Part shown: positions 30,470 to 39,801 of the stretch, one piece after another | Position numbering within the stretch: the stretch's first letter is position 1 | Layout of the letters: each line of letters starts with the position of its first letter | DNA from: an uncultured Armatimonadetes bacterium | GTDB taxonomy: Bacteria; Armatimonadota; UBA5829; DTJY01 | NCBI GenBank assembly: GCA_963717145.1 | Contig: OY970325.1 | Span: 3,232,001-3,296,000, forward strand | DNA: 64,000 bases | Direction of reading: 5' to 3' | Made by a program: the position numbers and the translations under genes | Notes under the pieces: generated by a model | Database searches by the model: none | The model's input: only the letters and a program-made list of their open reading frames with translations | Told to the model about the DNA's origin: nothing

Positions 30470-31462
30470 ATGATTATCGCATCGTCTCCGGGAAGAGCCG
30501 GCATCGTCGGCAACCCAACTGATATGTACGGCGGCAGTATGATCGCATGCTCCATCGGCGAGCGGGCCTATTGCAGGCTTGGAACGGCCGGGGAGATGGT
30601 CTTCCGGATCGACTCCGACTCCATGCGTGTCACCTCAGGGGATATGCTGAGGCTCGACGGAGGCCGTTTCGATCTCATGAAGGCCGCCGTCTACGCGCTT
30701 GACATCGACCCGGCGACAGCCGCTCCCTTCTCGCTCGAAGTTTGGACGGAGATCCCCGAGCAGGCGGGCCTCGCGGGCTCGACGGCTCTCCTCGCCGCGA
30801 TCATGGGCTGTCTGATCGAGCACCTCGGAATGCGACTGGACCCATATCAGACGGCCGAGAAGATCAGGAAGGTCGAGTGGGATATCATGGACATCACCTG
30901 CGGCTACCAGGACCACTATATGACGGTCTTCGGCGGGCTGAACTACATGGATTTCCGTGGCAAAGAGATGATGCGCCAGGACGCCGACGAGCCGTATGCC
31001 ACCATCGAATGCCTCAGCAGGTTCCAAGACGATCTGCCGATGATCCTCGCGCACACCGGGGTGAAGCGGTTCTCCGGCGGAGTGCACAGAAACATCCGTG
31101 ACCGCTGGCTGGAGGGCGAGAAGCAGGTCATCGATGCATATCGGCGGATTGCTCACCTCGGCAGGCTTGGCAAGAAGGCATTGCTCGCACAGGATTGGGA
31201 CTCACTCGCGGACCTGATGAACGAGAACCATGCGATCCAACGCGATCTGGGCGGCTCGGGAGAGGCCAACGAGAAGCTGATCGAAGCCGCCATGGAGAGC
31301 GGTGCACTCGCAGCCAAGCTTGCGGGCGCAGGTCGCGGGGGCACAATCATTGCGCTCGGTAACGATCTTGTGCGGATGGAGGCAGGACTCGCGAGAGCAG
31401 GCGCGGAAAAGATACTGCGGCTCAAACCCTCAGAGGGGCTGACCGTCGAAAGGATGCGTTAG
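30470..31462 (+). CDS. GHMP sugar kinase, glucuronokinase-like
   Basis: GRAGIVGNPTD, IPEQAGLAGST, GYQD...GGLNYMDF and KLAGAGRGG. Confidence 0.7.
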   Translation: MIIASSPGRAGIVGNPTDMYGGSMIACSIGERAYCRLGTAGEMVFRIDSDSMRVTSGDMLRLDGGRFDLMKAAVYALDIDPATAAPFSLEVWTEIPEQAGLAGSTALLAAIMGCLIEHLGMRLDPYQTAEKIRKVEWDIMDITCGYQDHYMTVFGGLNYMDFRGKEMMRQDADEPYATIECLSRFQDDLPMILAHTGVKRFSGGVHRNIRDRWLEGEKQVIDAYRRIAHLGRLGKKALLAQDWDSLADLMNENHAIQRDLGGSGEANEKLIEAAMESGALAAKLAGAGRGGTIIALGNDLVRMEAGLARAGAEKILRLKPSEGLTVERMR

Positions 31463-31463
31463 T

Positions 31464-32366
31464 GTGATCGTAAGAAGCAAAGCGCCGGTGCGCGTAGACT
31501 TCGCAGGCGGCTGGACCGACGTCGATGTGTTCGCCAGAGGAGCCGGCGGCGCGGTAGTCAATGCGACGATAGACAAGTATGTTACCGGCAAGATGGAGAT
31601 ATTCGACAGCACCCCGAAGAGCGATGACACTGAATCCGAGGGGATCACGGTTTCGTATAGATCGGACCTGCCCTCAGGTTGCGGGCTCGGCACTTCTTCG
31701 TCGCTGAACGTTGTGTGGCTGAGCCTCATCAAGTCACAGATCTCCTCCGCAGACGACAGAAAGAAGATCGCGAACCTGGCTTACGACTTGGAGGCCATCC
31801 TCGGCATACTGGGCGGCAAGCAGGACCAGTATGCCAGCGCATTGGGCGGTTTCAACTTCATGGCTTTCGGTGACACCGTCGAGGTCGAGGAGATCGCGAT
31901 CTCCCCGGAAACGGTCGCTAAGCTGGAGGAGAGGCTCGTTCTTGCGTACACCGGTAAGCCGAGGCTATCCGGCAATATTCACGAGCATGTCTGGGGCGCG
32001 TATCGGGCGGGTGTGCCGGAGACGATCAACGCCCTGTACAACCTCCGAAACGTGGCCATCAGAGTGAAGACTGTGCTGGAGAAGGGCGACGTGAACGAGT
32101 TCGCCGAACTGCTGAACCAGAACTGGAAGCACCAGAAGCAACTCGATGCCAGCGTGACCAACGAGCAGATCGATGAGCTGTTCGAGGAAGCCTTCAAGGC
32201 CGGAGCAATCGGCGGGAAGGCATGTGGAGCGGGCGGTGGCGGCTGCGTGCTGTTCCTGGCGGAGCCGGATCGCCGCGCAGAAGTCGAACTCGTGGTGGAG
32301 AAGCTCGGAAGCCGCCTGATCCCCTTCAAGTTCGAGTTCGATGGTCTCCAGGTAACTCAGGGATAG
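31464..32366 (+). CDS. GHMP sugar kinase (HddA/fucokinase-like)
   Basis: APVRVDFAGGWTD, GCGLGTSS, GGKQDQY and GAGGGG. Confidence 0.8.
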   Translation: MIVRSKAPVRVDFAGGWTDVDVFARGAGGAVVNATIDKYVTGKMEIFDSTPKSDDTESEGITVSYRSDLPSGCGLGTSSSLNVVWLSLIKSQISSADDRKKIANLAYDLEAILGILGGKQDQYASALGGFNFMAFGDTVEVEEIAISPETVAKLEERLVLAYTGKPRLSGNIHEHVWGAYRAGVPETINALYNLRNVAIRVKTVLEKGDVNEFAELLNQNWKHQKQLDASVTNEQIDELFEEAFKAGAIGGKACGAGGGGCVLFLAEPDRRAEVELVVEKLGSRLIPFKFEFDGLQVTQG

Positions 32367-32385
32367 GAACTGAGAACACGGATAC

Positions 32386-32419
32386 AAAAAGGGGACCTCC
32401 CGACGGGAGGTCCCCTTTT
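32386..32419. terminator. Bidirectional intrinsic terminator
   Basis: AAAAAGGGGACCTCCCG-AC-GGGAGGTCCCCTTTT between convergent genes. Confidence 0.85.
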
Positions 32420-32442
32420 CGTTACTCTATGTCAAGGTAGGA

Positions 32443-33315
32443 CTATGGCGGGTCTACGCCCCAGCCCTTCCAACCTTCTACTCTCCAGAACGTCCCATTC
32501 AGCGACTGCTGCTGCCATGGGTCGCTCGCCGGATTCGGGATGTCGTAGCCCTTCACATGCCCGTCCGCGTACAGGACGTTGATACTATCGTTGTGCGCCA
32601 ACTGAGCCTCAGGATCGGTCGCCCTGCATCCGGACGTGCCGTCCCAGACGAGCGGAGCATCCGAAACCTTGTCCGCCTCAGCGATAGTCTGCCCGGCGAT
32701 CCTCTTCTGAATGCCGCTTGGGCCCTTCACCACCGCGTTGAAGAAGTAGGTGGTCGATAGATCGGTACCCTTGGCAAAATCGGGCTTCTGGATAGGGAGA
32801 ACATCTCCTTTATCCTCTCCATAGCCCTTCTTCTTAGGAACCGCTGGCCCCCACTTGTTGGCGCCCCAGTTGACCACCTTGCCGGCACAGTTCCATTCGC
32901 CGTTCACTGTGGTCGCAGGGCAGACGAAGATACCTTGAGTCTTCACGTACTGAAGCACAAGATTCTGGAGCCACATGGCATCGGAGTCGACTCCATTGAA
33001 TGACTTCCGGGTGTTGTTGTCGAACCACTCCATGGGGTTGATTGATGATACCAACTCGCCTTTGAAATCGGTATCGGCGTCAATCGCAGGACCGAACCCG
33101 GAGACCAGGGGGAACTTATCGTCCCAGTCACTGGTATAGTTGTTGATTGCCAGACCTATCTGGTGTAGATTGTTCGAACACGAACTCCTCTGAGCTGCCT
33201 GTCTCGCCCTTGCGAATACCGGGAACAGGATGGCTGCCAGGATCGCGATGATCGCGATGACAACCAGCAACTCGATGAGGGTGAAGCCCTTCTCGTTTCG
33301 CTTCATGCTCTGCAT
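32443..33315 (-). CDS. Prepilin-type N-terminal cleavage/methylation protein (DUF1559, H-X9-DG)
   Basis: [30 protein letters not shown]...[24 protein letters not shown]. Confidence 0.92.
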   Translation of the reverse strand: MQSMKRNEKGFTLIELLVVIAIIAILAAILFPVFARARQAAQRSSCSNNLHQIGLAINNYTSDWDDKFPLVSGFGPAIDADTDFKGELVSSINPMEWFDNNTRKSFNGVDSDAMWLQNLVLQYVKTQGIFVCPATTVNGEWNCAGKVVNWGANKWGPAVPKKKGYGEDKGDVLPIQKPDFAKGTDLSTTYFFNAVVKGPSGIQKRIAGQTIAEADKVSDAPLVWDGTSGCRATDPEAQLAHNDSINVLYADGHVKGYDIPNPASDPWQQQSLNGTFWRVEGWKGWGVDPP

Positions 33316-33633
33316 GATAGACACCTCCGAATAAGAAATAAGTATGATAACAGTGATGCAGAAGGTGATTCATCTGCGCAATTATACGAGCTATCGGCGT
33401 TCTCCTCCTTTCTGCACAAGATTGTTCGACGCTGCGCCCGTCTTCAGTCCGGAAATACCATTAGCGCGCTCGAACGTGTGCGTGTGAATCTGGTAATAAC
33501 TAAGTACTATGAAAGTGCAGTGGTTCCTGAGCCGGCTCTTCGTCCGGTTGCTTTGCCGTCCGGAAGGAATAGACGCTTGAGGTGGTTTCCTGATCCGGAT
33601 ACGGCTTGCAGGGCTTTCTCCTGCACAGTTTCA

Positions 33634-33682
33634 ATCCTACCATACATTTCCCGGTGTGTCAACACATTTGAAAACGTTTTCT
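33634..33682 (-). promoter_or_regulatory. Sigma70 promoter of the pilin-like gene with an adjacent LacI/cre-like palindrome
   Basis: TTGACA-17-TAGGAT (33662-33634); GAAAACGTTTTC at 33670-33681. Confidence 0.6.
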
Positions 33683-33763
33683 TTTTGTGCCAACGCACCG
33701 CCGCACGGGTACATTTGTTCGATCGATCCACCGTAAGATTCGACTGTGCGGGCAATGAATCCT

Positions 33764-34768
33764 TCAAAGCCGGCTTTCGGAACTGACAGAGTTCTCAAGG
33801 AACATCTCGCGGACCAGTTTCCCCGTTGCATCCATGTTGGCGCGCACGTAGACGCCGTTACCGGCCAATGCAGGCAGGGTCTCCGTCCGTATCGCGCTCT
33901 GTGGCAGCGAACGGATGAACTGCGCGAGACAAGCGAACTGCGCCGGAGACAGGTCACTCCGTATATCCGTTCTTATTTTATCCAAAATCTTCGGAGCCCT
34001 AAACATCACCAGGGGGTCCGCCAAGCGAGCCTTAGCCGCCCGAAAGAACTCCTGTTGGCGCTTTATTCGAACGAAATCGGAGTCACCGTCGCCGGTTTTC
34101 GACTGTCGGTATCGTACAAAACCGATTGCCTGCTCACCATTGAGCATCTGCTCGCCAGGCTTCAGGTGTATGTGGAGGTGACCCCAGTTGTCATCGTAGT
34201 CGAGCTGCTTGTCGACGTTGATCTTGAGTCCCCCAGCCATGTCGATCGCCGTCTGGAATGCTTCGAAACCGACCAGTACGTAGTGGTCGGGCTTGACCCC
34301 GAGAAAGCAATCTACGGCCTGACACGAGAGTTCCGGTCCGCCATAGGCATTGGCATAGCTGATCCGACGCTTGCCACGATAGCCGGGGATCTCGACAACC
34401 GTATCTCGCGGGATGGACAACAGATTGACGGCCTTGTTGCGAAAGTCGATTCTGGCCAGGATGTTGCTGTCCGTCCGTCCGGGAGTATCCACGACGCGGC
34501 CCTGGCGATCGCGGTCCACGTCGTGTCCCATGAACAGGATGTTGACTCCATCCTGCCCGGGGAACGCCTCGCTCGGCTCATCTATGCCGGCAAGAACGAT
34601 CTGAACGGTGTCATGGACTGTGGGGGACGCCTTGTAGAAGTAGACGCCGATGCCTGCTGCGGTGGCAACAAGGAGTACCAGTATGGACAGCGACAGCCGC
34701 ACATACCTGATGCGTCTCTTCCGACCAGGAGTCGCGCTGTCTAGTGGAGATCCGACTGGTTCGCCCAA
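33764..34768 (-). CDS. LCP (LytR-CpsA-Psr) family glycopolymer transferase
   Basis: One TM helix; GRTDSNIL, LSIPRDT, FVRYR and DFVRIKRQQ. Confidence 0.92.
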   Translation of the reverse strand: MGEPVGSPLDSATPGRKRRIRYVRLSLSILVLLVATAAGIGVYFYKASPTVHDTVQIVLAGIDEPSEAFPGQDGVNILFMGHDVDRDRQGRVVDTPGRTDSNILARIDFRNKAVNLLSIPRDTVVEIPGYRGKRRISYANAYGGPELSCQAVDCFLGVKPDHYVLVGFEAFQTAIDMAGGLKINVDKQLDYDDNWGHLHIHLKPGEQMLNGEQAIGFVRYRQSKTGDGDSDFVRIKRQQEFFRAAKARLADPLVMFRAPKILDKIRTDIRSDLSPAQFACLAQFIRSLPQSAIRTETLPALAGNGVYVRANMDATGKLVREMFLENSVSSESRL

Positions 34769-34829
34769 GAACTTGCCTACCTTCCGGCGCTTTCAGGATG
34801 CCATTTGCCCCTGGCTGCCGATACCGCCG

Positions 34830-34858
34830 ATTATAGCGGGCAAGCCTACAAGAGTCAA
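34830..34858 (-). promoter_or_regulatory. Sigma70 promoter of the LCP gene
   Basis: TTGACT-17-TATAAT. Confidence 0.7.
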
Positions 34859-35079
34859 GCAAACGTTTGTTCTGTTTGGTTGTCAAGGTACTTGAAAAGG
34901 GTCCTTTGTCCATGCTATCGGCATCTTTTCGAGGAATCTTTAGGGTCGACGGACGGTGGCGATAGACAACACGGAGCGAGTATTCGAGTGAGCCGTTGGT
35001 TATCCATTGGAATCGCGCGAATATCTACAAAAGGCTGCGGCGCGATTAGGGCAACTTTCAAATTCTTTCACAACTTCCC

Positions 35080-35108
35080 TTTACAACCTCGCTCGCGCGT
35101 GCTAAACT
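35080..35108 (+). promoter_or_regulatory. Sigma70 promoter of the CphA-N-like gene
   Basis: TTTACA-17-TAAACT. Confidence 0.55.
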
Positions 35109-35269
35109 ATGGATGATGATGCGGTTTCATCAGACAGGGTAGTCCGTTCTGCCCCGCAGTACTGCCGCTGAGGCGGCCGCATGCGCTATCGGTTTACGAT
35201 AGCGAACCTCGCGTCACCCGACCACGGGGTTACTGCCCTCATGAGAAACAGAAGGAGCGCGTACTCCCG

Positions 35270-35812
35270 GTGAAAGTCGTTGAGATCTTATTCTACGACA
35301 GAAACAGGGTCAAGCTGGTCGTCGAGATGTCGGATCCGGCCCGATACTCGACGGAGCATGCGCCCCACATCCCTCGCTTGCTCTTTAAGCTCTTTCCTCA
35401 CCTGGCTAGACACCGCTGTGATAACGACAACGGGTACACATTCAAGAAGGAATGCCGCGCCACGGAGATACCGCACCTCTTCGAGCACCTGATTATCGAG
35501 CTTCAGGGCCAGGTCCAGAGGTCTCGAATCCTCAAAGGCGAAACCCAGTGGAACTGGCGGATCGACCCCCGAGGGCGCTTCCACGTCTACGTGGACTACG
35601 AGAACGAGCTGCTCGTGCTCGGTGCGATCAGGCTCGCGGAGAGGGTCATCAACGCGCTCGACGACCGGGTGATCGATCATCTGGACATGGAGAAGGAACT
35701 GGGGAAGCTGAAGGCCCTCGCCGATATGGGGAACACCGACAAAGTGGCCACTGCAGACGAGGCCACGGCTTCTCAACGCGTCTCCGAGGCGGCGCGAGCC
35801 GCCATGCAATAG
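35270..35812 (+). CDS. Stand-alone cyanophycin synthetase N-terminal-domain-like protein
   Basis: FPHLARHRC...TEIPHLFEHLIIELQ...FHVYVDYENE resembles CphA1 LPxLxxHxC...GTxxGHxxEHVALELQ...YxVVxEYxxE; AAGGAG RBS. Confidence 0.7.
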   Translation: MKVVEILFYDRNRVKLVVEMSDPARYSTEHAPHIPRLLFKLFPHLARHRCDNDNGYTFKKECRATEIPHLFEHLIIELQGQVQRSRILKGETQWNWRIDPRGRFHVYVDYENELLVLGAIRLAERVINALDDRVIDHLDMEKELGKLKALADMGNTDKVATADEATASQRVSEAARAAMQ

Positions 35813-35833
35813 GCGTGCAGGCCCCCTATCTGC

Positions 35834-36010
35834 GCCCCTCCTTACGAAGGAGGGGCCGGCCAGCAGGCCGGGGGAGGTTCCCTTGGCGATCTTGGCGGTT
35901 CCATCTCCCAGGCCGCGACGCAGAACCCCCCTCGGCCCAGAGGCGTCGAGAGACGCCGGAGGCCGTCCTCGGACGGACGCAGAGGCCGGTCCCCCATCGT
36001 AAGAGGGACG
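35834..36010. repeat. Composite palindromic repeat (GTCCCCCTTxCGAAGGGGGAC family)
   Basis: Related inverted copy at 44892-44936. Confidence 0.6.
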
Positions 36011-39000
36011 CTATGGCAGCAGAGACACTGCGAAGTTGCCCTTGACCTGATCGCCCTTTCGGAGCACGACCTGGCCCATGCGGCACTGATTCAGTACGTG
36101 AAGCTTGGCCCCTCCGTCCATGAGCGCCGGGCGAACGTGGGCGTCTTTGTCCGAGTCCACTCGGATCCCCGCGCCGGATGGTGAGACGAGCGACGCCTCG
36201 TAGATGTTGAACTTGATCGAGCGGAAGTCGGCCGTACCCATCTCGGTCTCATCGAGCGACCAGGGCCATTCCGGCTCCACGTTCCAACGCTCCTTGCCCC
36301 ACCTCTTGTCTCGATGCGCCTTCGCAGAGCCCTCAGTCCGGCTGATGCTCGCCTCGGGGTAGACGCCCCATTCCGACCATCGTCGCCAGTTGACCTCGTC
36401 GCATTCGGGCTTGAGCAGGAATTCGATACCCGCCTCGCGGGTGTTCGTCTCCTCGCCGGAATAGGTGTAGTCGCAGGAGACCCTGCCCGCTCCCTTGCGG
36501 TCGATCAGCCACGTGACCGATCCGGCGAAGTCCTGGTAGTGGTCACGGATGGTCAGCTTCAGGCCTTCGGGCACTTCCTCAATATCGGTTCCGTCGATCA
36601 CACGGGTTGCTGAGTCCGGAAGGTCAGCATAGTGCTGGGCGTTTCCCCCACTGAGCGCCGCGAGGTCACCGAAATCGTAGCGAGTGACATGGACTGCCGG
36701 GAACTTCATCAGCGCCGACGTGCCCTTCAGCTCGCCGGATGCCTTGTCGAGTGTCAGCGAGAAGCCCTCACCCTCGATGGAGACGACTTTGCCGTCATCC
36801 TGCCATTTCGGAGCGCCGGACGGCATGGGGATTACATGAGGCTTCTCCTGCCCCAGCGCGAGTTCCAGCGCACTGATCAGATCGGTCCGCGCATCGAATG
36901 CCCGGAGGATGAGCTTCTCGCCCTCCGCGGTCCCCTGAGGGATCGGGATCTCGATCGCACCCTTAGAGGCGGGCGCGAGGCTCACGGGGACCGCACCCTT
37001 GCTCCGGCCAATCTCCCACTCGAACCTGAGTGCGTCGAGGTTAGCGAAGGAGTACCGGTTCTCGACTGGAATCCTGACCACGGTCTGGCCCGGCTTGAAG
37101 TCCACATGCCGCTCGGGAAACCAGACCGGGCTGAAGATCAGCTTGGCCAGCCACCACTCGGGCTTCGGACGACGCCACCCGTCGATCAAGCCCCAGAAGC
37201 CGTGGACCCATGCATAGCCGACATGCTTGCCGCCCTCGAAGTAGAACGGCTCGTCGATCTCCGCCCATATCGCCGCGCCGATCACTCGATCCGAGTTCAC
37301 GATGCTCGACCAGACGCCGGGCCGCGCGCCGGGCTTCAGGAACGAGGTGTCGTAACTCGCAGAGTGCGCCTTCGCGAAGTCGGAATCCGGGTCGCTCTGC
37401 CCCATGCCCCACAATTCGCGGAGGCCCGGATTGATGCGCACGTCGGTCTGCTCGTGGCAGACGGGGAAGTAGTACTCGCCGAGGAGGATCGGCCGCGGAT
37501 CGCTCTTGTCGAGGTTGTCATAGGGCATCGACGGGTAGTGGAAGTTCACTATGTCGCAGATCCGCTTCGGGTCGGGATTGTTAAAGGTCGTCGGGCGAGT
37601 CGGATCCAGTTCCTTGATCAGCGCATTCGAGTGCTCGAACGCCTCGTTGAAGCTCGACTCGTTGGCGATCGACCAGATCACGATGCTGGGATGGGTGTGG
37701 TGGTAGTCGACCATCGCGGAGGTCGGCGTGAGGACCTCCACGGCATCCGTGAGGCCGTCGGTCGCTCCCACCCAGCAGAACGGCGCTTCGCACTCCACGT
37801 ACACGCCATACCGGTCGCAGGCGTCGAGCAGTTCCTGGGTCGGCGGATAGTGCGACGTGCGCAGGTAGTTCAGGTTCGCGCCCTTCAGCATCCTGACGTC
37901 CTGTACGGCGCGACGCATCGTGTCCGCGCGGCCTGTGAGCGGGTCGTGCTCGTGATGACACGCGCCCGCGAGCTTGACCCGCGCGCCGTTGACGTAGAGC
38001 TGCTCGCCTTTGACCTCGATCTCACGGAAGCCGACGTTTCGCTCGATCCGCTCCAGAAGCTTGCCGTCCTGTTTCAGTTCGAGGACGAGTTGATAGAGGT
38101 TCGGCTGCTCGGCATTCCACTTCAGTGGATTGGAGACATGCGCCGCGAGATCCGATTTGCCCGCACCGATCGTCCATTTCGACTGAGACAGCTCGACCGG
38201 CTTCCCCTGAGCATCTCGGAGCGACATCGTCAGTTCGGCGCCCTGCGGATTTTCGACGGTCAAGTCTACGCGCAGGTTGGCGCCACGGTAATCCTTGTCG
38301 AGGTCGGTGCTGATGTGCATGTCCCTGATGAGCGTCTTGGGCAGAGCGAAGAGTCTCACCGAGCGGTCGATCCCGCCGAGGTTGTGGAACGCGTAACCCG
38401 AGGAGTAAGACAGCCTTTCGGAGGTGGTCGCCACGGTCATATTCAGGTCGAGGCGGTTCACCTCGCCAGGTTTCGCCGTGTCCGTGATCTCCCACTCCAC
38501 CGGCGTGAAGAGGTTCTCGCTGTACCCCAGATCTTTGCCGTTGAGTTTGTAATTCGTGCCGGCGTGTATGGCGTCGAACCGGAGCATGATGCGGTATCCG
38601 GCCCACTCCTTCGGGATGGCGAATTCGTGCGCAACCGCGACCGGCTTCTCCTGCGGGATATCGTATCCCTGCTGCAGCCACTGCCCGGGGACCTTGAAGT
38701 CGCCCCATTTGCCGTCGCCCGGGTTGATCTTCCAGACGCCGTCGAGCAGCATCACGTTGCTCTCGAGGTTGGCGGTCCGCGTCGGTATCGGTCGGTATCG
38801 GACCGGATCGAAGAATACGTTCTCTGCCTTCACCATCCTGCTGATCTCCTTGCCGTCGTAAGTCGCCGTGATCTGTATGTCGCCGCCTCCGAGGCTCTCG
38901 ACAGCCTTTCGGTCGAAATTGAAGTCGCCGTTGGAGTCGGTCGTCGCGGTGAGCTGCTTCCCGGCGCGTGACAGGCGCACATCGACGCCCGGAAGGCCGT

Positions 39001-39598
39001 CGTATGCGAGATCGAGAGCACGCCCGGTAAGGTTCGAGCGGAGGCCTGATACGTCGCTCAATCGCGCTGTGACCGGCGGAGGAGCGCTCGCCCAGATCTC
39101 GATGATCGAGCAGGTGGCGTTCACGTCGCCGTGGATCTTCAGTTCGAGCTTCATCTTGCCATCCTGCGTGACCTCGCGCGGGAGCTTCATGATGAGCCGC
39201 ACCGCCTTCGCCTTCGGGAGCGCATACGGATCGTGGAGTTGGATGCCGTCGGCCCAGAGGCTCTGGACGCGGTTGTAGACGTGATCGCTCGCGTAGGTCA
39301 CGGCGATGACGTAATCGAGCTTCGGGTCGAGGTCGTCGTAGTTCGCCTTGACCTGGCTGTAGCTGAAGACCGCCGAGCGCGACTTCAGGTCGGCATCGGT
39401 ATCGCTCAGGTTGAAGGTCCAGACGTAGCTGTCGGTCATGTCCACGTGCGGCTGACGTGCCAGGACGCCGCAGTCGTCGTATGCGTAGAGATGGTAACCG
39501 GCGGGCACGGAGTCGATGGTGTAAGACATCGAAGGACCTCCCTGGGCAAGGACGCTCGAAGCGCTAAGGATCAGGAAACAGGCAAGTGTTCGGAACAT
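36011..39598 (-). CDS. Glycoside hydrolase family 2 (beta-galactosidase-like), secreted
   Basis: WNAEQPNLY, VGFREI, NYLRTSHYPP and HPSIVIWSIANES. Confidence 0.9.
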   Translation of the reverse strand: MFRTLACFLILSASSVLAQGGPSMSYTIDSVPAGYHLYAYDDCGVLARQPHVDMTDSYVWTFNLSDTDADLKSRSAVFSYSQVKANYDDLDPKLDYVIAVTYASDHVYNRVQSLWADGIQLHDPYALPKAKAVRLIMKLPREVTQDGKMKLELKIHGDVNATCSIIEIWASAPPPVTARLSDVSGLRSNLTGRALDLAYDGLPGVDVRLSRAGKQLTATTDSNGDFNFDRKAVESLGGGDIQITATYDGKEISRMVKAENVFFDPVRYRPIPTRTANLESNVMLLDGVWKINPGDGKWGDFKVPGQWLQQGYDIPQEKPVAVAHEFAIPKEWAGYRIMLRFDAIHAGTNYKLNGKDLGYSENLFTPVEWEITDTAKPGEVNRLDLNMTVATTSERLSYSSGYAFHNLGGIDRSVRLFALPKTLIRDMHISTDLDKDYRGANLRVDLTVENPQGAELTMSLRDAQGKPVELSQSKWTIGAGKSDLAAHVSNPLKWNAEQPNLYQLVLELKQDGKLLERIERNVGFREIEVKGEQLYVNGARVKLAGACHHEHDPLTGRADTMRRAVQDVRMLKGANLNYLRTSHYPPTQELLDACDRYGVYVECEAPFCWVGATDGLTDAVEVLTPTSAMVDYHHTHPSIVIWSIANESSFNEAFEHSNALIKELDPTRPTTFNNPDPKRICDIVNFHYPSMPYDNLDKSDPRPILLGEYYFPVCHEQTDVRINPGLRELWGMGQSDPDSDFAKAHSASYDTSFLKPGARPGVWSSIVNSDRVIGAAIWAEIDEPFYFEGGKHVGYAWVHGFWGLIDGWRRPKPEWWLAKLIFSPVWFPERHVDFKPGQTVVRIPVENRYSFANLDALRFEWEIGRSKGAVPVSLAPASKGAIEIPIPQGTAEGEKLILRAFDARTDLISALELALGQEKPHVIPMPSGAPKWQDDGKVVSIEGEGFSLTLDKASGELKGTSALMKFPAVHVTRYDFGDLAALSGGNAQHYADLPDSATRVIDGTDIEEVPEGLKLTIRDHYQDFAGSVTWLIDRKGAGRVSCDYTYSGEETNTREAGIEFLLKPECDEVNWRRWSEWGVYPEASISRTEGSAKAHRDKRWGKERWNVEPEWPWSLDETEMGTADFRSIKFNIYEASLVSPSGAGIRVDSDKDAHVRPALMDGGAKLHVLNQCRMGQVVLRKGDQVKGNFAVSLLP

Positions 39599-39704
39599 AG
39601 TCACATCCACGTCATAGGATATAGAATCTCGGCGTTACCTTATCACATGACGGGACTCTGGTCAACAGTGCGTGGTATAATGGGCCGACCGACACATGGA
39701 CCTA

Positions 39705-39783
39705 CCGACAACGAATATCGAACGAATAAACGAATGACCTATCGGCGGGCGATTCGTTTATTCGTTTGAGCATTCGTTGTCGG
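39705..39783. repeat. Inverted (AACGAAT)n repeat
   Basis: cgacaacgaat..aacgaataaacgaat / attcgtttattcgttt..attcgttgtcg; half copy at 52066-52092. Confidence 0.75.
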
Positions 39784-39801
39784 TCGACTTGGGGAGAACA
39801 C

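Noticed and set aside
33128-33373. His-rich ORF ([10 protein letters not shown]) as an attenuator leader peptide
   Set aside because: It overlaps the pilin CDS out of frame, with no terminator/antiterminator and no histidine-related genes.
33500-33630. Glycine or c-di-GMP-I riboswitch in the pilin leader
   Set aside because: Only fragments match (GGAGA...CTCAGG; GCAAAGC) and the core consensus elements are missing; kept only as an unassigned structured leader.
35112-35262. SAM-I, lysine or SRP RNA identity for the leader
   Set aside because: The diagnostic motifs of these families were not found.
36632-38971. 779-aa plus-strand ORF and other long antisense ORFs (e.g. 20828-22279, 39739-41232, 53625-55169)
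   Set aside because: Shadow ORFs opposite well-supported genes, expected in high-GC DNA; no motifs.
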